Shown here piece by piece: positions 30,512-39,569 of a stretch of 64,000 nt of DNA. A program made the translations under genes and the position numbers. Source of the DNA: an uncultured bacterium (GTDB lineage Bacteria > Babelota > Babeliae > Babelales > Babelaceae). Every line of letters begins with the position of its first letter. Position 1 is the stretch's first letter. The notes beneath the pieces were generated by a model that saw only the letters and a program-made list of their open reading frames with translations, had not been told where the DNA came from and made no database searches. The stretch lies in assembly GCA_963819815.1 (NCBI GenBank), contig CAWFXL010000001.1, positions 1,344,001 to 1,408,000 on the forward strand. The letters are read 5' to 3'.

Positions 30512-30785
30512 GGGTGGGTACTGTTTTTATTTGGTCCAAGGTAATTTTCTGCATGTCTGATTTGAGAGCAAAGTCTTTTATTTGTGAGAGATTTTGGCTG
30601 GCATGCAGTCCATGGGTAAGGTCTCTTTTCTTTGCTAATCGATCAAACTTAGTATGCTCATGCTTTTGACGCTGATATGAAAGCTTAATAAGGGTGCTTT
30701 GGTGATGGATATAAAAAAATACCAAGAAAATCTGTAAGGCAATAACCCCGAGAGTAAGCAAAGACAGACGTTGTTCTACTTTCAT
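30492..30785 (-). CDS. FtsL-like cell division protein
   Basis: Short TM + coiled-coil protein overlapping the ftsI start. Confidence 0.55.
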   Translation of the reverse strand: MKVEQRLSLLTLGVIALQIFLVFFYIHHQSTLIKLSYQRQKHEHTKFDRLAKKRDLTHGLHASQNLSQIKDFALKSDMQKITLDQIKTVPTHEHAAT

Positions 30786-30969
30786 ATCTTTTATTCCCGC
30801 TTATACAATACCATTGCCAACAGTTGGCTCTAGTATAAGAAAGAATGAGTGCTTTGCCTAGTAAGCAAGGTTGTTACCTGCGATTATGTGAATATTTGGG
30901 TCAAGAGTTATCAATCTATGCTATACTTCACCCAAGGCAAGATAAAAACATTCAAACCTTTGAGATAGT

Positions 30970-32265
30970 ATGGTAGTAGGTAACCGATTTATTATTACTG
31001 GGTTATGCGCGATAAGTATACTCATACTAGGTAGTAGATATATATACAATAAAGCGCCACACAGCTCAGATGTAACGAACTTACCACGAGTAAGTGAGCC
31101 GGAACAAGGCCAAGAAACTCAAGCTCCTTGGAAGGCTTTTTCAACACTATCGAGTAAACAATCCTCACTCCAAACTGCGATTACTTTTTCACCGGATTCT
31201 CGCCTTCTTCTCGTTGGCTATCAAAATGGCTCTATAGAAGTTTGGGACGTAGAAAAACAGACCATAGAACGCAGTTGGGCTATACCTCAACCAGTTAAAA
31301 TATTTGCTTTTTCTCCTGACGGGAACCAGCTTGCAGCAACTTCCTCTGGAGCAAACGATACGAGTATTTACTTATGGGAATGGCCAACAGGTAAATTACT
31401 CCATGAACTGCATGGCCATGCAACAAAGAGGTGCTCAGAGTATTTCTGCGAAGCCAGTGACTGTTGCTGCACTGTTAACTTTTTGCAGTATATGGCTAAC
31501 GGGCAACTGGTATCCGCATCAAGTAAAAATGGTGCCATTACTATTTGGGATCCAAAATCTGGGCAGTTAGTACGCAGTATTACTATCCCGCTAGGTAATG
31601 TAACAGAATGCGTGGAGGATTCATCCCATGAGAAGCTCACAAGTAATGCGCCAGAATATGAGGCTATAGCTATCTCCCCTGATCAAAAATATATCGCCTC
31701 CACCCGCAATTGCACTTTTTACCCGTTAGAAAAGTATCCAGATTGGGATCCCGAGATAGCGTACGATTACAGAAACGAAGTTTGCGTTAACCTATGGGAT
31801 GGTACAACTGGAAATCTAACTAAGACAATCGCTACCGATATCATTGATTACGCTCGCGATGCAGGTACTAACGAACTCACCTTTTCACCTAACGGTACCT
31901 TTCTTGCTGTTGGTTGCGCTAAAGCTCTAATATGTCTTATAAATACGCATGATTGGTCTGCTAAACTGTTAGATCTTTCAGAATGTAGAAATAGAGAGCT
32001 CTCTCTTCATGAACGCTATTCCCTCATCTTCTCACCACAATCTGACTTTGTTGCAGCAACCGTAAATGAGGATTGGATAAGCCCGGGGATAAAACCGCGT
32101 GCAGCAATACTATGGGATGTTACTTCAGGGAAAATTGTGCAAAAATGGGACCTGGGTTACCACATAGCCTTTTCGCCAAATGCACAGCTCTTCGCAGTTA
32201 GTCTACTGTCTGCGCAAGAAAATGGCACTCAAACTTCTACCCTGCAACTCTACAAGCGCTCATAA
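30970..32265 (+). CDS. WD40-repeat protein with N-terminal membrane anchor/signal
   Basis: Repeated FSPD/N...WD motifs (ITFSPDSRLL..IEVWDV, FAFSPDGNQL..YLWEW, ITIWDP, VNLWDG, ILWDV). Confidence 0.88.
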   Translation: MVVGNRFIITGLCAISILILGSRYIYNKAPHSSDVTNLPRVSEPEQGQETQAPWKAFSTLSSKQSSLQTAITFSPDSRLLLVGYQNGSIEVWDVEKQTIERSWAIPQPVKIFAFSPDGNQLAATSSGANDTSIYLWEWPTGKLLHELHGHATKRCSEYFCEASDCCCTVNFLQYMANGQLVSASSKNGAITIWDPKSGQLVRSITIPLGNVTECVEDSSHEKLTSNAPEYEAIAISPDQKYIASTRNCTFYPLEKYPDWDPEIAYDYRNEVCVNLWDGTTGNLTKTIATDIIDYARDAGTNELTFSPNGTFLAVGCAKALICLINTHDWSAKLLDLSECRNRELSLHERYSLIFSPQSDFVAATVNEDWISPGIKPRAAILWDVTSGKIVQKWDLGYHIAFSPNAQLFAVSLLSAQENGTQTSTLQLYKRS

Positions 32266-32374
32266 GTAACTATTTTTTTGAGCCTTCAGAATTAATCAGT
32301 GTTCGATGAAGATTCGTAGCCTCATCAATCAGTTGGCCCAACATCAAGTACTTTTTCACCCGGAGTATACAAAC

Positions 32375-34822
32375 TTAGAATTCCTGATTCATAGAGAAGT
32401 GCACTTCAAAGAAGCTTTCTCCACGACGCTTATTACGATCGAGCTTAAATGCCCAATCAACGCGAATGGGAGCAGGGTTAAGTAGGCGTATCCCAAAGCC
32501 AATACTATGACGATATCTAAAGGCATTATTGGTAAGGGCCCCTCTATTTGCAGGTAAGGCAAGAAGGTCTCTCTGGCATTTATTCAAAGGGGTATCCCAG
32601 CCGGCACCGCCATCATAAAAGACTAAGCCGCGAATAGATTGATCCTGTGTTACCGAGAAGATAAGCTCAGCATTTACCCAGAAGGCTTTTTTCGCACCCA
32701 CTGAACTTGAGTATACTTGTGGTCCAATTTGACCAAATTCAAAGCCACGAACCGATCCAGGTCCACCTACGTTGTACAGATCTCGATAGGGTATAATTCT
32801 GTCACGTAGAGACTCTACGATCCCGGCATGCCCATGAAGAAGGAATACTAAATCATACTCACCAATGAGTGGTGTTAACCACGTAGCATCGAAATCTGTT
32901 TTTGCATAGCCAAAGGTGCTATCTGAAGCAGGAACACCTACTCGTGAGACAAGGCTCCAGTTGTACCCTTTATTAGGAAATACCGGATGATTGCGGACAT
33001 CTTGGCCAAGTACCATATTGATAAAGCCAGAGGTCCCTGAAGCAAATCGTCGATCGATGAACGTCTGCATAAGTTCATTTTGAGCAGGTAGTCGCCCTAA
33101 TCCTTCTGCCTTGAGTCCCTGTTGGAATTTGATACGTTCAACCCCGCCCGCAATCGATGTAGATACATCAGGATAGCCAGGTATGAAAAAGAGAAGACTA
33201 AGGTTTCCGCCGGTAAGGTTCTCCTTAGGCGTTGAAGAGATATTAGTGAAATCTTCGTAAAAAGAGCTCCTGTGGTAAAACTCAATCCCACCACCAAGTG
33301 GCCGATTAAAGAGCCAAGGCTCAAATAAGCTGAGGGTAATCAAGCGGTCCTGCTTTGAAAATGTTCCTGATATATTAGCACGGACTCCGGTGCCAAACAG
33401 GTTACGATCACTTGCAGTGAAGCCAACGCGGATAGATGTTGAAGGAGACTGAGGATCTGCGCCTCCGTAACTTAACTGACCACTGAGGTTCCCTGTATTT
33501 ATTTCTTTAAGAACCAAATCAAGATCAACACAATCTTGTGATATTTTTTTGATTTTCCAATCGACGCCTCCTTGAGGATCAAAATAGCCAAGCTTTTCTA
33601 TACGATCTTTTGAAGCCTCCATGGCGGGAAGGCTTACCAGTTGTCCTTCAATGATCGTTAAATTACGCCGAATAACATAGTCACAGGCTTTTTTGTTTCC
33701 AATAATGTTAATGCGGTTCAGTGTGTAGGTTCTTCCCAAATCTGAGTTGAAGGTCATCTCAACAGTATTGTTTTCAAAATTAGGAATAATAACCGGCTCG
33801 ATATCAGCGTAAATGTATCCAAAGCGACCCCAGATAGTGCGAAGACGTTCCATCGATTCACGTATAAATTCTTTGGAATAGATCTGTCCTGCTGAAACAG
33901 GAAGAGCTGCAAGGAGTTGTGCTTCGGTAAGAATATCATTGCCGGGTGCCGACACTTTGGTAACTGAGAAAATCGGTCCTTCTTCAACAAAGTAGGTTAC
34001 CGTAACGTCCTGGGTGGCTTCATCGATAATGACTTGAATATCGACTACTCGTGCTGCCAAGAAGCCGTTACTCTGGTAGTAGTTTTCGATAATGAATTTA
34101 TCGACGTCGAGCATGTCAGGTTTATAAGTACCAGCTTTATTCATAAAGCCAAAGAGCCATGCTTCTCGTGTGAATATCATTTTGCGTAAGATATGAGAGG
34201 GAACGCACTGGTTCCCTTCAAAAAATACACGCTTTACCTGAGCACGGGGACCATCACAAATCTTAAATATCGCGATATAGGTGCCACGCTCTGTGGGACG
34301 AAGCTCTGCAGATACGGCGGTTTTATGGTAATTCTTTTCTATATAGAGTGCTTTAATCTTATTGGCAAAGAGACTGAGCTCTTCCTCGTCCATAGCAGCT
34401 ACTTCAGAAAGTTTAAGCTCTTTTTCAATCTCTTCTGAAGTTACGGCAACGTTACCTTCAAAGAGGACACTCTCAACCTTCTTTTTTTCTTGAACAATGA
34501 CATAGAGAGTAAGTTCAGTGGGAGAAACCTCTTCGGTCTCAACGGTTACCTGATTAAAGAATTTTAAATCGTGGAGGTTCCGAATGATGTCACCCGTTTT
34601 TGATGGAATAAAGAGTTCGCCTTCACGAAAAGGTATGCGGGCACGGAGTGCTTCTTCGGGGACGAAATTGTTACCTGAAATAATGATCGATCGGATACGT
34701 TTGTGCTGGTCCTGCTGCATATCTCCTGATATACTCGTCTGCGATGATTGAGTATACACGGAGCGAAAACCAAAAAAGGAAATACAGGCAATGACGACGA
34801 TCTTATAGGAGACTTTACTCAT
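32375..34822 (-). CDS. bamA: Outer membrane protein assembly factor BamA
   Basis: POTRA repeats (IIISGN, LFEGN, FFEGN, NIIGN), SVRGFE loop, C-terminal FSMNQEF. Confidence 0.92.
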   Translation of the reverse strand: MSKVSYKIVVIACISFFGFRSVYTQSSQTSISGDMQQDQHKRIRSIIISGNNFVPEEALRARIPFREGELFIPSKTGDIIRNLHDLKFFNQVTVETEEVSPTELTLYVIVQEKKKVESVLFEGNVAVTSEEIEKELKLSEVAAMDEEELSLFANKIKALYIEKNYHKTAVSAELRPTERGTYIAIFKICDGPRAQVKRVFFEGNQCVPSHILRKMIFTREAWLFGFMNKAGTYKPDMLDVDKFIIENYYQSNGFLAARVVDIQVIIDEATQDVTVTYFVEEGPIFSVTKVSAPGNDILTEAQLLAALPVSAGQIYSKEFIRESMERLRTIWGRFGYIYADIEPVIIPNFENNTVEMTFNSDLGRTYTLNRINIIGNKKACDYVIRRNLTIIEGQLVSLPAMEASKDRIEKLGYFDPQGGVDWKIKKISQDCVDLDLVLKEINTGNLSGQLSYGGADPQSPSTSIRVGFTASDRNLFGTGVRANISGTFSKQDRLITLSLFEPWLFNRPLGGGIEFYHRSSFYEDFTNISSTPKENLTGGNLSLLFFIPGYPDVSTSIAGGVERIKFQQGLKAEGLGRLPAQNELMQTFIDRRFASGTSGFINMVLGQDVRNHPVFPNKGYNWSLVSRVGVPASDSTFGYAKTDFDATWLTPLIGEYDLVFLLHGHAGIVESLRDRIIPYRDLYNVGGPGSVRGFEFGQIGPQVYSSSVGAKKAFWVNAELIFSVTQDQSIRGLVFYDGGAGWDTPLNKCQRDLLALPANRGALTNNAFRYRHSIGFGIRLLNPAPIRVDWAFKLDRNKRRGESFFEVHFSMNQEF

Positions 34823-34917
34823 TCTTATTTTCCGAGGTCAAAACTGTTGACGTTTGGCGATTAGTATTTCTATACTACTATTTTTAGGAATTTTTGCTAG
34901 GTTCAATAGGAAAAACG

Positions 34918-36264
34918 ATGCTAAAACAACCTATTTTTTCCATAACACTCTACAATACCCTAGGAAGAAGGCAACAGCCTCTTGGTAATTCTGACCAAAT
35001 AACGATGTATGTGTGCGGGATCACTCCCTATGATTATGCGCACCTTGGACATGGCCGGTGTTACGTTACCTTCGACCTTCTTTACCGCCTACTGATCTTT
35101 CTTGGGTATAGAGTCACCTATTGTAGAAACTTTACCGATATAGATGATAAGCTGCTTAACCGTGCTGATAAAGAGCTTAATGATCCGAGTGCCTACCTAA
35201 TTTTAGCGAATAAGTATATTGCGAGCTTTCATGAAGATATGGAAAAGCTTGCTTGCAAAGCTCCTGACTTTGAACCTCGGGTAACAACGCATATTGTGCC
35301 GATTATTTCATTCATTGAAGGTCTTATTGCTAAAGAAAAGGCCTATGCCACTGAAGTCGGAGATGTGTACTTTCGGATTTCCGCGTTTGAAGGCTATGGA
35401 AAGCTGTCTCAGCGGACAAAAGATGAGCTAAAAGCGGGAGCTCGAGTTGCCGTTCGAGCCGACAAAGAAGATCCTCTTGATTTTGCGCTCTGGAAATCTT
35501 GCGATGAAGGCCCTGGTTGGGAAAGTCCTTGGGGATTTGGAAGACCTGGATGGCATATTGAATGCTCTGCGATGTCGAGCGAATATTTGGGCGAAACTAT
35601 AGATATCCATGGTGGTGGCATGGATCTCATTTTCCCGCATCATGAAAATGAAATTGCACAATCTGAAGGTCTTCACAACAAGCCCTTTGCCCGTTTCTGG
35701 GTGCATAATGCATTTGTGCGAGTTAATGAAGAAAAGATGTCTAAGTCCTTAGGTAATTTTCTTACGTTGAGAGATGCGTACACGACCTTTAGCCCTATGG
35801 TATTGCGCTATTATTACCTTATTCACCATTACCGCAATCCCCTTGATTTCAGTCCTGAAGATATCGAGTCAGCTCGTAAAAGCTATCAAAAGCTCTGTAT
35901 TGCCCTTGAAAACATCGATCCTGCATCTGAAAATGAGATTCGTGCAACAAGTGATCACCTTATAAAGGACGTTCTCACTGCACTGTGCGATGATCTTAAT
36001 GTGGCAAAAGCTATGGGACGTATTTTTGAGTCGATCAAAGATATGGGACCAAATGAATTAGCCTTATTGAAGGGCCTTCTTATGCATATCCTAGGACTTA
36101 CCCTAGAGCCAGAGAAAAAAGAAACGGTGGTAATTACTCAAGAAATTGAAGAATTGCTTCAAGCTCGCCTGGAAGCACGTAATCGGAAAGATTGGGCAGC
36201 TGCAGACCAGCTAAGAGCACGGCTGCAGGAGCTTGGATATGACATTCAGGACAAGAAAAGTTAG
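34918..36264 (+). CDS. cysS: Cysteine--tRNA ligase
   Basis: YVCGITPYDYAHLGH, DFALWK, GRPGWHIECSAM, HGGGMDLIFPHHENE, KMSKS. Confidence 0.97.
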   Translation: MLKQPIFSITLYNTLGRRQQPLGNSDQITMYVCGITPYDYAHLGHGRCYVTFDLLYRLLIFLGYRVTYCRNFTDIDDKLLNRADKELNDPSAYLILANKYIASFHEDMEKLACKAPDFEPRVTTHIVPIISFIEGLIAKEKAYATEVGDVYFRISAFEGYGKLSQRTKDELKAGARVAVRADKEDPLDFALWKSCDEGPGWESPWGFGRPGWHIECSAMSSEYLGETIDIHGGGMDLIFPHHENEIAQSEGLHNKPFARFWVHNAFVRVNEEKMSKSLGNFLTLRDAYTTFSPMVLRYYYLIHHYRNPLDFSPEDIESARKSYQKLCIALENIDPASENEIRATSDHLIKDVLTALCDDLNVAKAMGRIFESIKDMGPNELALLKGLLMHILGLTLEPEKKETVVITQEIEELLQARLEARNRKDWAAADQLRARLQELGYDIQDKKS

Positions 36265-36288
36265 GGGTGCAATTTCTTACACCCCTAA
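36261..36288. terminator. Probable bidirectional terminator hairpin
   Basis: TTAGGGGTG...CACCCCTAA between cysS and the convergent small ORF. Confidence 0.65.
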
Positions 36289-36292
36289 ACTC

Positions 36293-36403
36293 TTATCTAT
36301 TTTGAGTCGTGGTCTTGTTCGCATTTCTTGCATTGCATGGGCATGCTAACAATTGCGCACCAGTTGTGATAGCAACTAAGGCTATCAATAAAAATTTCTT
36401 CAT
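36293..36403 (-). CDS. 36-aa secreted/lipopeptide-like small protein (not in the ORF track)
   Basis: MKKFLLIALVAITTGAQLLACPCNARNANKTTTQNR; GAAAGGA RBS; TTGACT-N18-TAGAAT promoter at 36477..36448; terminator immediately downstream. Confidence 0.7.
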   Translation of the reverse strand: MKKFLLIALVAITTGAQLLACPCNARNANKTTTQNR

Positions 36404-36647
36404 GAGAAGTCCTTTCTTTGAAGAGGTTTATATATGTTCATACTTTTATTCTATCCAAAACCGACAAATAGAGTCAATGGTTTTTTACATTTATTTTCCC
36501 ATTGGAAAATAAAGCGAGGGGGGAAAACACAATAATCCCGCTTAGAATCGTACAAAAGAGAGCTCGTGGTTGCTTTAGGATCGCAATGCCTTGCTTTTGG
36601 GGAGGCGGGAGTAGGGGTAAGTCGGATAGGGGTATGATGTGGGAGCG

Positions 36648-36968
36648 TTAGTCAAGGTGGCTTGTTATTTTCTCTTTGAGCTGTTCCTTTGACATATAGC
36701 CAACTTCTTGGCCTACTAATTCTCCATTCTTCAAAAAGAGAAAGGTAGGCACTGACATTATGCCAAATTCTACTGCGATGTCACGAGCCTCATCGATATT
36801 AAGTTTGCCAAAGGTATATTTTGAGCCGAGCTCCTGTGCCAATTCTTCATAGGAAGGCTCCATATGTTGGCAAGGGCCGCACCAGGTTGCAAAGACATCG
36901 ATGACCACAGGTTTTTTTGAATTTTTTACTTCGGCATCGAAATTGTGACGGCTAATACTTATTATCAT
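36648..36968 (-). CDS. trxA: Thioredoxin
   Basis: FATWCGPC active site, IMSVPTF. Confidence 0.95.
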   Translation of the reverse strand: MIISISRHNFDAEVKNSKKPVVIDVFATWCGPCQHMEPSYEELAQELGSKYTFGKLNIDEARDIAVEFGIMSVPTFLFLKNGELVGQEVGYMSKEQLKEKITSHLD

Positions 36969-37216
36969 GAGGGTCTCCATCAAGGGGTCTTTTACTTTAA
37001 GTATACCGAGCGAAGGCTTAAAAAGCTATGGTCCCCACGCTGAAATTGTATATCGTTGCTCTAACGGGTTTATTAGTCAAGAAGTTGCGAGTATCTTATG
37101 TAGGCAGCCTGGGCGATACAAATATGCCTTGATAACTTCATACTCTACAAAGCAATCAGCCCTGCTTGACAATGAGTGCTGGAGGTCTAGACTGTAAGTA
37201 GTGTCTCTATCGATTC

Positions 37217-38365
37217 ATGGAGGATGTCATGAACCAATCTATTCCTAGGAACAAAATATTCCTTCTTCGATTTACAAAATATCAGTTCAGGAGATATGTT
37301 GTATCATTTTGTATGGGTCTTTTCTGTTGGCCACTACTAGAGGCAACAACGGTTGAGGGTGATCACCTTGTTATTGATGATAAGCACGTGTATCTTTTTG
37401 GAGACCACCACACACATACCCCTTTGTTTGGGGGGGATTATCGCAAGACAGGGATCTTTCCTGTTGTAGAGCAACAGGTCGATGACTTTGTTGATGTTCT
37501 TGAAGAGACAGCTTCTCTTCGTAGTGAGCCGTTGCATGTCTTATGGGAAAAAGCTTCATACTATAGTAGGTCAGCTACAAAACACAAAGATATGATGGAT
37601 AATGTGGACGTAGAAGTTGCAAAAAGGAACCTAAATGTGGTCTTTGAAGATGCAGAGATTCGCAAGGTTGGCAACTCTGCCAAGCATATTCTTGGTGCTG
37701 ACATGCCTATTAATTATTTGGAGGATGACTGGCGCTCGGTACGTTACTATGAGGAGGCTCCGCCCTTAAGTGAACTTACTTTTAACCAACTGATCGATGC
37801 ATATGAGGCTTGCAAATCAGCACTAAGCGAATTCCGCAAAACTCACGGGAATGATGATTTTTTGGGAATGTTTGATGCTGAACTCATATTCGCATCAACT
37901 GCCTGCGAAAGGTTTAAACAACTTTTAGCCGAAAATTCGATCTCACCTGACACAAATCTCTCTGAGTTTGCTGTCGGGTGCCTGAAACAACGCAGTAAAT
38001 TGCATAATGAGCTTGCAGAATATTGTAAAGAGATGTTTGGACGCTTGTATAGCGCCTATTTTTGCCAACGAATCTTCGAGTATAAGGGGAAACATGTTGC
38101 CATTATCGCTGGGTCAGGACATCTTAAGGCGGTAAGGAATATGTTATGGCATCGAGGAGCAAAAATAAAAGTCCACTACCCGGATGTCAGTGTGGGTCGG
38201 GATTATAAATCTTTGCGACTTCTTACGAAAGCTCAGCTTCGAGCTATTCTTAAGGGCGTATCTTTTTGTTATACCATTAGTGCCTTCAAGGAGAATATGA
38301 TACTCTGTTGGTATATTGCTCTTACTATTCTAAATGCTGCCTGTCTGCAGATGGATCATGGCTGA
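37217..38365 (+). CDS. Hypothetical protein, possibly TraB/GumN-like metal-binding fold
   Basis: Hydrophobic N-terminal stretch; VYLFGDHH and AIIAGSGH motifs; hydrophobic C-terminus. Confidence 0.5.
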   Translation: MEDVMNQSIPRNKIFLLRFTKYQFRRYVVSFCMGLFCWPLLEATTVEGDHLVIDDKHVYLFGDHHTHTPLFGGDYRKTGIFPVVEQQVDDFVDVLEETASLRSEPLHVLWEKASYYSRSATKHKDMMDNVDVEVAKRNLNVVFEDAEIRKVGNSAKHILGADMPINYLEDDWRSVRYYEEAPPLSELTFNQLIDAYEACKSALSEFRKTHGNDDFLGMFDAELIFASTACERFKQLLAENSISPDTNLSEFAVGCLKQRSKLHNELAEYCKEMFGRLYSAYFCQRIFEYKGKHVAIIAGSGHLKAVRNMLWHRGAKIKVHYPDVSVGRDYKSLRLLTKAQLRAILKGVSFCYTISAFKENMILCWYIALTILNAACLQMDHG

Positions 38366-38500
38366 TACTTCATTTCTTAATCTCTCTGAACTTTGGGTTC
38401 TGAAGGAAGAGTGGCAAATAAAGCCCAATTCTTGACATAAATAAAAATTTTTTTATATAATTAAATACAAATAGTATAAATGTAGAGCCCGGGAGGCACA

Positions 38501-39373
38501 ATGAATATGTACCGAATTTCTGCTTTTCTTATGATGATAGGTTTTGGAAGTGTTGTTTCACCGAGTGCGATAGAAAGACCGACGAAGTTTAACATATTTG
38601 TTGTCAATAATGTTCGTATATTAAAGGAGTATGTTAGTGTACCTCTGAAGGTTACATATCTGACACCTTCAAATCAACCAGTAACTTCAATTGTTGGTCC
38701 TATGGAAATGCGATTTATAGGGACCGGAGAACTATTGCAATTACCAACGGTATTTACTATTTCTGGCTATGGCGGTATTAAAGGCTATAGTGTTAAGGAG
38801 GCACATTTATTGAATGAAGCGCTTTACAAGGAGTGGCAAAAAATACAGAGCGAGCCCAAGGGATTAAAGAAGACTCATCTCGACCCGTTAGTGATAACAG
38901 TTACTGCTGGGGATGGATTTCCTCCTGAATTAAAATTTGAATATTCACATCTCCCTCCCCGTGAATTAGAGGAAAACTTTTTAAAGATAATTGAAACACG
39001 AGAGCCACTTGCTGCCTTTGGCCGTATACGTTACTACGGTTTATTAAATGACTTACAAGGGGAGACGCTGGACAAGCTTTCAGGTCTCACGAGTGGGCAA
39101 CTTAATGATCCACTTGTGCCCGCGCGTATGTTACAGGGGGAGATATATGCTACGACGGGAGAAGATGTCTTTAGGTACATTTTAGGCCTTGATAAAAATT
39201 ATACGAAAGATGATGTAGAAAGGGCCTACAAGGATCTTTCATCACAATGGGATCCACGGATATTTGCAGATAATCTTCCGCAGAGGGAGTTCGCTAAAAA
39301 TGTCATTACCTGGGTAAAAAAAGCGCATGATGTCTTATTGGAGGCTCTACAAAGCAAAGAGCGTAATGCCTGA
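38501..39373 (+). CDS. Secreted protein with C-terminal J-domain-like region lacking HPD
   Basis: Signal peptide; FRYILGL..YTKDDVERAYKDLSSQWDP..EFAKNVITWVKKAHDVL; GGAGG RBS; TTGACA upstream. Confidence 0.7.
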   Translation: MNMYRISAFLMMIGFGSVVSPSAIERPTKFNIFVVNNVRILKEYVSVPLKVTYLTPSNQPVTSIVGPMEMRFIGTGELLQLPTVFTISGYGGIKGYSVKEAHLLNEALYKEWQKIQSEPKGLKKTHLDPLVITVTAGDGFPPELKFEYSHLPPRELEENFLKIIETREPLAAFGRIRYYGLLNDLQGETLDKLSGLTSGQLNDPLVPARMLQGEIYATTGEDVFRYILGLDKNYTKDDVERAYKDLSSQWDPRIFADNLPQREFAKNVITWVKKAHDVLLEALQSKERNA

Positions 39374-39411
39374 TTTGTACGTCGTTACATAGATTTTCAC
39401 TAGCCATTAAT

Positions 39412-39440
39412 AAAAAAGGTCCCTCATCAGGACCTTTTTT
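39412..39440. terminator. Intrinsic terminator
   Basis: AAAAAAGGTCC-ctcatca-GGACCTTTTTT. Confidence 0.75.
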
Positions 39441-39569
39441 GATGCACTAAAAGTTACGTATCAGCACTTACGGATATCGATAACTTTTGGGCAAAACTCT
39501 TGCGATTTTCTGAGCTGCTTGACTACACTAAGAGCAACTTACAAGTATGAAAGCAAGAGGGAGTTTAGC

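Noticed and set aside
36597..36645. G-rich tract with G-quadruplex potential downstream of trxA
   Set aside because: Several G3-4 runs are present but the loops are long and irregular, and nothing else supports a function.
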